32,790 nucleotides of DNA from an uncultured Clostridiaceae bacterium (GTDB taxonomy: Bacteria; Bacillota; Clostridia; Peptostreptococcales; T1SED10-28). The stretch is taken from positions 1-32,790 of the forward strand of contig CAZTIJ010000001.1 of NCBI GenBank assembly GCA_964613365.1, read 5' to 3'. Shown here one piece after another: positions 26,881 to 32,790 of this stretch. The notes beneath the pieces were generated by a model that was given only the letters and a program-made list of their open reading frames with translations, ran no database searches and was not told the DNA's origin. A program made the position numbers and the translations under genes. Each line of letters starts with the position of its first letter. Positions within the stretch are counted from its first letter, which is position 1.

Positions 26881-28338
26881 ATGGCCATGAATGAAATGAA
26901 GCACCTTTCTTTACTGACGGACTTTTACCAACTGACCATGATGAACGGTTATTTGAAAAATGACATGACGGAAGAGGAGGTGGTCTTTGATCTGTTTTTC
27001 CGGGAAAACCCCTGCCACAGCGGCTACACCATCGTAGCGGGGATCGAGCAGGTCATTGATTACATCGAAAACCTGAAGTTTCATGAAGATGAGCTTGCTT
27101 ACCTTTCCTCTTTGGGAACCTTTCAGGAGGATTTTATCGATGCCCTGAGAAACTTCACCTTCCGGGGGACCATCTACGGCGTGGAGGAAGGCACCGTAAT
27201 GTTTCCCCATGAGCCCATTCTCCGGGTGAAGGGCACCTGCTTCGAGACCCAGCTCATCGAAACCGCCCTGTTGAATGTAATGAACCACCAGTCCCTGATT
27301 GCCACCAAGGCGGCACGGATCGTCACCGCCGCCAAAGGGGATCCGGTGTTTGAATTCGGCCTTCGCCGGGCCCAGGGCCCCGATGCCGGGGTATATGGCG
27401 CCCGGGCGGCGGTGATCGGCGGCTGCAGTTCCACCTCCAACGTGTTGGCGGGGATGAAGTTTCATCTGTCGGTGGTGGGTACCCAGGCCCACAGCTGGAT
27501 CCAAAAATTCCCCTCGGAGCTGGAGGCCTTCCGGGCCTATGCCAAGGCCTATCCCGATGAATGTCTTTTACTGGTGGATACCTACAACACCCTAGAGACC
27601 GGGGTGCCCAATGCCATTCAGGTGTTTCGGGAACTTCGGGCCCAGGGCCATGAGGCCAAGGGCATCCGGATCGACTCCGGGGACATTGCCTATTTGTCGA
27701 AACAGGCTCGAAAAATGCTGGACGACGCCGGTTTTCCCGAAGCCACCATTGTGGCCTCCAGCGATTTGGACGAGGATACCATCTCCGCCCTTAAGGACCA
27801 GCAGGCGAAAATCGACGGCTGGGGTGTGGGGACGAATCTGATCACTTCCAAAAACTGTCCCGCCTTGGGAGGGGTCTATAAACTCAGCGCCGCCGAGGAA
27901 AAAGGGGAGCTGATTCCAAAGATCAAGATCTCCAACAATCCGGAAAAGATCACCAATCCGGGATTCAAAAACATCTACCGGATCTATGACACCGGGTCGG
28001 GGAAGGCCCAGGCGGATTTGATCACCCTGGAGCATGAAGTTTTGGATGAAAGCAAACCCCTGACGATCTTCCATCCCATTTACACCTGGAAACAGACCAC
28101 CTTTCGAAATTACCGACTGAAAAAACTCTTAACCCCCATCTTTGTGGAGGGCAAGCTGGTTTACCGCCGTCGGAGCACCGAAGAGATCAAGGAGAAGGTT
28201 TCCAAGGAACTGAACTCCCTGTGGCCGGAGTATAAGCGGCTGACCCGCCCCCAAATTTATAAAGTGGACCTTTCCCAGGCCCTGTGGCAGCTAAAACAGG
28301 ATCTGGTCAACGAAAACAAGGTGACCCCCCAAAAATAA
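26881..28338 (+). CDS. pncB: Nicotinate phosphoribosyltransferase
   Basis: LLTDFYQLTM, EFGLRRAQG, GTQAHSW (phospho-His), LVDTY, RIDSGD, GGVYKL. Start may be 26887. Confidence 0.95.
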   Translation: MAMNEMKHLSLLTDFYQLTMMNGYLKNDMTEEEVVFDLFFRENPCHSGYTIVAGIEQVIDYIENLKFHEDELAYLSSLGTFQEDFIDALRNFTFRGTIYGVEEGTVMFPHEPILRVKGTCFETQLIETALLNVMNHQSLIATKAARIVTAAKGDPVFEFGLRRAQGPDAGVYGARAAVIGGCSSTSNVLAGMKFHLSVVGTQAHSWIQKFPSELEAFRAYAKAYPDECLLLVDTYNTLETGVPNAIQVFRELRAQGHEAKGIRIDSGDIAYLSKQARKMLDDAGFPEATIVASSDLDEDTISALKDQQAKIDGWGVGTNLITSKNCPALGGVYKLSAAEEKGELIPKIKISNNPEKITNPGFKNIYRIYDTGSGKAQADLITLEHEVLDESKPLTIFHPIYTWKQTTFRNYRLKKLLTPIFVEGKLVYRRRSTEEIKEKVSKELNSLWPEYKRLTRPQIYKVDLSQALWQLKQDLVNENKVTPQK

Positions 28339-28348
28339 TGCACCGAGA

Positions 28349-28393
28349 AAAAACGGCCCTTTTCCCAGAGATCTCGGGAAAAGGGCCGTTTTT
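28349..28393. terminator. Bidirectional terminator
   Basis: 18-bp perfect stem AAAAACGGCCCTTTTCCC/GGGAAAAGGGCCGTTTTT between convergent genes. Confidence 0.85.
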
Positions 28394-28418
28394 ACTTATG
28401 AAAGCTTCCTGCTCCCGG

Positions 28419-29864
28419 CTATTCTTTTGCCTCTTTCCGGGGGAAATTTTTCCGAAGGTAGTTTAAGGCCCCTTCCTTATGCTGGGAAATGTGGCCGTAG
28501 AACATGCCTTTTTTGATGTCCTCCAGCACTTCCCCCACAAAGGTGCTTTCGGGAAGATTCACGGCTTCCATTACCTCCCGGCCGGAAATGATCTTGGTGA
28601 TGTCCTCAATGGGCCGATAGCGGGTAATATAATTGTTGGCGATGTATTCCACATGGACTTTAAACATCCCCATCTCTTCATGGGGGTCCAGAAGCTTTCG
28701 GGTGGACACGATATCCGCCAAGGCGATCAGTAACAGGTCCAGGGTTTCCCTGCCCGCTTCGGTGAAAAACTGATACAAGGCCTTTCCGCTGACATCATTT
28801 TTTTTATAGAGGACCAGGGGAATCATGTGCTGAGCCACGTATTTATACAGCAGGGCGATTTCCTTCTTGCTCCATTTTAACCGCTCTCCGTATTCCTTCA
28901 CCAGTTCCGCCCCGGTAATTTCGTGGCCCCTGAAACGGGTTCTTCCTGTGGGATCCACTTTTTTCGCCGAGGGCTTTCCGATATCGTGAAACAATGCCCC
29001 CAGTTTGATCAGGTCTATCCGCCGATGATTGCCGGAAATTTTTTCCCGGGCATGTTTTTCATAGGCCTCCCGGATATGGTCCTCAAAATAACCCTGGGCG
29101 TAGATCACGCTTTCCGCCACCTTCACGGTGTACACCGAATGGGTCCAGCTGTCCACCACATGGTATTTGCACTCGCCGATGTCCTTCATCTCTTCGATAT
29201 CGGGAAAAATCTTGTTTAAAATATTGAGTTTCTTATCCATAAAGGTAAGAAAGTGATAGGTCTTATCCTGTTGCAAAATCAAAAACAGTTCCTGGGTGAT
29301 CCGCTCTCCCGCCACTTCCTGTAGGCGGTGGGCATGCTTTCGAATCACTTCGATGGTCTCCTCTCCCATATTGAACCGCAGCTGACACATCAGCCGGGGT
29401 GCCCGGATCAGCCGCAGGGGATCCTCTACAAAGGCCTCTTCCCGAATATGGCGAATCCTTCGTTTTTCAATATCCTGTCCTCCCCCAAAGGGGTCGATGA
29501 TGTATTCGGTTTCCATGGGCCAGGGGGCGTCCAGGGGATAGGCCATGGCGGAAATGGTAAAGTCCCGCCTTTTTAAATCCTCTTCGATGGTCTCCCCTTC
29601 CATTTGGGTGAAATCCACGGTCATCCCGTCGGGTAAGCCCATTCGATAAAGGCGCTTTTCCTTATCCAGGGGAATCTCCTTGGCACCCAGAGCCTCTCCC
29701 AGGCTTTGGACAAAGCCTTCGGGATCCTTTTCCGTAACGAAGTCCAGATCCTGAATCAACAGATCCCGATTCAGCAGGATGTCCCGTAGGGTGCCTCCCA
29801 CTAAATAACAGGGTTCCCCCCTTTCCTTTGCCAGGCGGGCAATGGTATTTATGATACGATCCAT
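28419..29864 (-). CDS. Class II tRNA nucleotidyltransferase with HD domain, probably CC-adding type
   Basis: LVGG.LRD, DLD, RRDFTI, EDPLR, ERI, HD domain (YH...H, FHDIGKP, GHE). The flexible loop before motif B is missing. Start 29864 fits the AGGAG spacing. Confidence 0.85.
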   Translation of the reverse strand: MDRIINTIARLAKERGEPCYLVGGTLRDILLNRDLLIQDLDFVTEKDPEGFVQSLGEALGAKEIPLDKEKRLYRMGLPDGMTVDFTQMEGETIEEDLKRRDFTISAMAYPLDAPWPMETEYIIDPFGGGQDIEKRRIRHIREEAFVEDPLRLIRAPRLMCQLRFNMGEETIEVIRKHAHRLQEVAGERITQELFLILQQDKTYHFLTFMDKKLNILNKIFPDIEEMKDIGECKYHVVDSWTHSVYTVKVAESVIYAQGYFEDHIREAYEKHAREKISGNHRRIDLIKLGALFHDIGKPSAKKVDPTGRTRFRGHEITGAELVKEYGERLKWSKKEIALLYKYVAQHMIPLVLYKKNDVSGKALYQFFTEAGRETLDLLLIALADIVSTRKLLDPHEEMGMFKVHVEYIANNYITRYRPIEDITKIISGREVMEAVNLPESTFVGEVLEDIKKGMFYGHISQHKEGALNYLRKNFPRKEAKE

Positions 29865-29898
29865 GACGATCATCTCCTAATTCGATTTCTTTATTATC

Positions 29899-29926
29899 AT
29901 TTTACTCTTTTTCTCTGTTTTTGCAA
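29899..29926 (-). promoter_or_regulatory. SigA promoter of the nucleotidyltransferase gene
   Basis: TTGCAA-N16-TAAAAT. Confidence 0.5.
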
Positions 29927-30072
29927 ATGATTCTTTCTTTATGAGGATTCTTTTCTTATTACCCTCATGAATGACTATATTTTCTTTTCTACCCGGGATC
30001 CTTGAATTTTCACAGGTTTACAGAAAGTTTTGTTAAGTTTCCGTAAACTTTCGAAAACTTTCAGAAGAAACG

Positions 30073-30121
30073 TTGACTTTTTATGGTAACTCTGGTATGA
30101 TTTAATGTGATAAATGTCGAA
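30073..30121 (+). promoter_or_regulatory. abrB sigA promoter with downstream Spo0A box
   Basis: TTGACT-N17-TATGAT (extended TG) and a perfect 0A box TGTCGAA at 30115-30121. Confidence 0.8.
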
Positions 30122-30180
30122 AATTGTTATAAAAGCTCGAATCATCGAAGGCTTTTAATAAACCAAAGGAGGATGAAATC

Positions 30181-30420
30181 ATGATGAAATCAACGGGTAT
30201 CGTAAGAAAAGTGGATGAACTGGGCCGTGTGGTGCTGCCCATCGAACTTCGTAGAACTTTAAACATTATGGAAAAAGATGCTTTGGAGATCTATGTAGAC
30301 GGAGAAAGCGTAATTCTCAAGAAGTATGAGCCGGCCTGTATTTTCTGCGGAAACGCCAAGGACGTTGTGCATTACAAAGGGAAAAACGTTTGTGATTCCT
30401 GTATCAGCGAAATGAAATAA
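30181..30420 (+). CDS. abrB: Transition-state regulator AbrB with C-terminal Zn ribbon
   Basis: MKSTGIVRKVDELGRVVLPIELRRTL, CxxC..CxxC. RBS AAGGAGG. Confidence 0.96.
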   Translation: MMKSTGIVRKVDELGRVVLPIELRRTLNIMEKDALEIYVDGESVILKKYEPACIFCGNAKDVVHYKGKNVCDSCISEMK

Positions 30421-30431
30421 CCTTAGGGATG

Positions 30432-30464
30432 AAAAAACGGGTCTTGCACAGACCCGTTTTTTTT
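30432..30464. terminator. Bidirectional terminator between abrB and rsmI
   Basis: AAAAAACGGGTCT-N5-AGACCCGTTTTTTTT. Confidence 0.85.
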
Positions 30465-30473
30465 CGTCCTTTT

Positions 30474-31409
30474 TTAGTCCTGCTTCTCAAAACCGATCCC
30501 CACATGATACACTTCCCTTTTGGGGATCCCCCGGTCCTTGGCCACTTTTTTCACCGCTTCTTTTTTGGACACACCGGTTTCCATGACCAACAGCAAATGT
30601 TCTTCGATGGTCAGGTCCTGAAAGGCTTTTTCCTTTTTTCCGTGAAAACCCTCCACCACCAATACCATCTCCCCCTTCCGGGGGGATTTTTCCAAGGCTT
30701 CCATTATAGTGGGAAGCTCCCCCCGAATAAACTCTTCGTAACGTTTCGTCAGTTCCCGGCCGATGGATCCCCGGCGGGGGCCGAAAATATCTGCCATATC
30801 CTTCAGGGTATCCTTCATCCGGTGGGGGGATTCGTAGAAAATCATGGTTCGTTCCTCTTCTTTCATGTTTTCCAGCCGCTTTTTCCGTTCTTTTTTTTCC
30901 CGGCTTAAGAAACCTTCAAAAACGAAACGGTCATTGGGAAGTCCGGAGCCCACCAGGGCATTGACAAAGGCCGAGGCCCCGGGCAGGATTTCCAGGGGCA
31001 GGTTTCTTTCAATGACCCGGCGAATCACTTCAACGCCGGGATCGGATATTCCCGGCATCCCTGCATCGGAGACCAGGGCGATGGACAGTCCCGCCTCCAG
31101 GTCCCGAAGGAGGCTTTGGCTTCGCTGTCGTTCATTGTGCTCGTGATAACTGACCAGGGGTTTATGAATTTCAAAGTGGGTTAAGAGCTTTCGGGTGTTT
31201 CTCGTATCCTCCGCCGCCACTTTATCGGCTTCCCTCAGGACCCGAAGTCCCCGTAGGGTGATATCCTCCAGGTTTCCGATGGGGGTGGGCACCACCCACA
31301 GGGTCCCCGGGGCCTTTCGGTCCCCCGGGGACTGTTCCCCTTCGTATTCCTTCTTTCGGTCCTGTTCCCGGGACAATTCCCTTCGGTGCTGCCTTTTATC
31401 ATCCTTCAT
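30474..31409 (-). CDS. rsmI: 16S rRNA (cytidine1402-2'-O)-methyltransferase
   Basis: PTPIGNLEDIT.R, AAEDTR, VSDAGMPGISDPG, FYESPHR, RELTK, KGE. Start set at ATG 31409 (G-rich RBS, no overlap with the upstream gene). Confidence 0.95.
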   Translation of the reverse strand: MKDDKRQHRRELSREQDRKKEYEGEQSPGDRKAPGTLWVVPTPIGNLEDITLRGLRVLREADKVAAEDTRNTRKLLTHFEIHKPLVSYHEHNERQRSQSLLRDLEAGLSIALVSDAGMPGISDPGVEVIRRVIERNLPLEILPGASAFVNALVGSGLPNDRFVFEGFLSREKKERKKRLENMKEEERTMIFYESPHRMKDTLKDMADIFGPRRGSIGRELTKRYEEFIRGELPTIMEALEKSPRKGEMVLVVEGFHGKKEKAFQDLTIEEHLLLVMETGVSKKEAVKKVAKDRGIPKREVYHVGIGFEKQD

Positions 31410-31428
31410 TTTTACCCTCTCCCCTTTT

Positions 31429-32157
31429 TTAACCTTCCAGGTTTTCCCGGTTATAAAGTGCCAGGGTCTCTTGGGTATAGGCCCCCGACGCCTCATAAAT
31501 CCTCAGGGGAGGATGGATTTTCAGTTCCTTCCCTGCCCCCTTTTTCCCTTCCACAATGAATAAATTCGGCGCCTTTCCCTCCTTCGGATGAATCATCCTC
31601 AGGCCCTTGGGCTCCACCCCGTAGCTTCGCATGAAAAACAGGATGTCCACCAGACGGTTGGGCCGGTGAATCATATAGAAACGGCCGTGGGTTCGAAGGA
31701 GCCTGGCTGCGGCCTTTACCACGTCCTCGATATTACAGGCCACTTCGTGTCGGGAAAGGGCCTTGGCGTCCCCGGGATTTATAAGCCCTTCCTTATGCAT
31801 ATAGGGGGGATTGGCGGTGACCACATCATAGACGCTCTTGGGAAACACCCCTTCTAAGGCCTTCAGGTCCCCATGGATGATTTCAATCCGATCCTCCAGA
31901 CGGTTGAGGGCCACGCTTCTTCGGGCCATGTGAAATACCTCCTGCTGAAGCTCCAGACCCTGAAAGGTGGAGGTTTTGCTTTTTCCCGCCAACAGCAGGG
32001 GAATGATCCCCGTGCCGGTGCCCAGGTCCACCACCCGATCCTTCGGCTTCAGCTTCACGTGATTGGCCAGCAGTACCGCATCTATACCAAAACAAAACCC
32101 CTGGGGGTTTTGTATGATTTTCAGTCCTTTCAATTGCAAATCATCGATTCTCTCCAT
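31429..32157 (-). CDS. yabB: tRNA1(Val) adenine37-N6 methyltransferase (YabB/YfiC type)
   Basis: IIQ....F.FGIDAVLL, DLGTGTG, ANPPY, SRHE, MIHRP.R. Syntenic upstream of rsmI. Confidence 0.9.
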   Translation of the reverse strand: MERIDDLQLKGLKIIQNPQGFCFGIDAVLLANHVKLKPKDRVVDLGTGTGIIPLLLAGKSKTSTFQGLELQQEVFHMARRSVALNRLEDRIEIIHGDLKALEGVFPKSVYDVVTANPPYMHKEGLINPGDAKALSRHEVACNIEDVVKAAARLLRTHGRFYMIHRPNRLVDILFFMRSYGVEPKGLRMIHPKEGKAPNLFIVEGKKGAGKELKIHPPLRIYEASGAYTQETLALYNRENLEG

Positions 32158-32633
32158 TAGAACCCGTCCCTTTCCAAAAGCTCTTCCACATCGGATAAAA
32201 GCACTTCCTCGGTAACCAGTTCCCAGTACTGTCGGTAGATGCCGCCCTCGGCATCGATCACCACGGTATAGGGCACTTGACGGTTTTCCGGCTCAAACAC
32301 CGATAGGAAGGCCACATCCTCTTCCAGCAGCATCATCAGGTTGTCCAGAATCAGCAACTGCTCCTGACTCTCCTCATCCTCCTGCTCCCAAAAGGTAAGA
32401 AGGGTCGGCTTTCCTTCCTGTTCTTCAATGGAGCTGGGCTCCCCATCCAGGGTTTCGATAGGGAAGTCCTCAAACTCCTCGGCGGCCATCACCGGTTCTT
32501 CGGGGCCGTTGCTTCCCCCTTGATTCTCACTGTTTTCTTCCTGGAGAAAAAACCAGTACACCGCCCACACCAGGGCAAAAACCAGGAAAATGATCCCGCC
32601 GATTTTTAAAATATCTTTGTTTTTCATGCGCAT
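32157..32633 (-). CDS. Membrane-anchored, acidic TlpA/ResA-like thioredoxin-fold protein lacking CxxC
   Basis: N-terminal TM. DF.IETLDGE..S.....GKP.LL.FW and VPYTVVID.EG motifs, no cysteine. RBS GGGAGG. TAATG overlap with yabB. Confidence 0.7.
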   Translation of the reverse strand: MRMKNKDILKIGGIIFLVFALVWAVYWFFLQEENSENQGGSNGPEEPVMAAEEFEDFPIETLDGEPSSIEEQEGKPTLLTFWEQEDEESQEQLLILDNLMMLLEEDVAFLSVFEPENRQVPYTVVIDAEGGIYRQYWELVTEEVLLSDVEELLERDGF

Positions 32634-32648
32634 GGGGCTTCCTCCCTT

Positions 32649-32790
32649 TTACTCTTTCTTCGACGGGCCCTTTCCCTCCCCTTTCGATTTTGATTGGGGG
32701 CCTTTGTTTTTTTTCTGGGATCCCCGGGGCGGCCTTTTCTTTCCCTGGGGACGTTTGGAGCGGGGCTTCGATTTTTTCTCCGAAGACTTT
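32649..32790 (-). CDS. Partial 3' end of an upstream gene (Lys/Ser/Pro-rich tail), possibly YaaT/RicT by synteny
   Basis: Open frame from 32789 reads KSSEKKSKPRSKRPQGKKRPPRGSQKKNKGPQSKSKGEGKGPSKKE* and stops just before the next RBS. Identity is inferred only from the usual gene order. Confidence 0.4.
   Translation of the reverse strand, partial: KSSEKKSKPRSKRPQGKKRPPRGSQKKNKGPQSKSKGEGKGPSKKE

Noticed and set aside
31410-31496. Longest-ORF starts for rsmI (31496), rsmA (17446), moxR (15188), abgT (19801) and spoVG (7383)
   Set aside because: Downstream ATGs have much better Shine-Dalgarno sites, match family N-termini or avoid long overlaps.

Overview
Core-chromosome segment of a Firmicute, most likely Clostridia of a Peptostreptococcales/Alkaliphilus-like lineage (inferred from gene order and the Zn-ribbon AbrB). 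It holds the conserved, mostly minus-strand block yabB-rsmI-abrB ... metG-tatD-yabE-rnmV-rsmA ... murC/purR-spoVG-glmU-prs-pth-mfd. Interspersed accessory genes are a MoxR-DUF58-transglutaminase operon, an AbgT transporter, two tandem HD-GYP paralogs with reciprocal motif changes, a nucleotidyltransferase with the loop deletion typical of CC-adding enzymes, a DUF4870 membrane protein and a cysteine-free TlpA-like protein. Intergenic regions show recognisable sigA, sigH and sigB-like promoters, a PurBox pair, a Spo0A box, and a family of REP-like palindromes (TGTACC..GGGTC-N-GACCC..GGTACA), one of them a REPIN-like doublet. I saw no rRNA, tRNA, CRISPR array, transposase or phage genes. Nothing here proves a new system. 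The best leads are the REP/MITE-like element family, the HD-GYP pair, the putative CC-adding enzyme, the pseudo-thioredoxin and the MoxR-TGase operon. All calls were made by eye, with no database searches.
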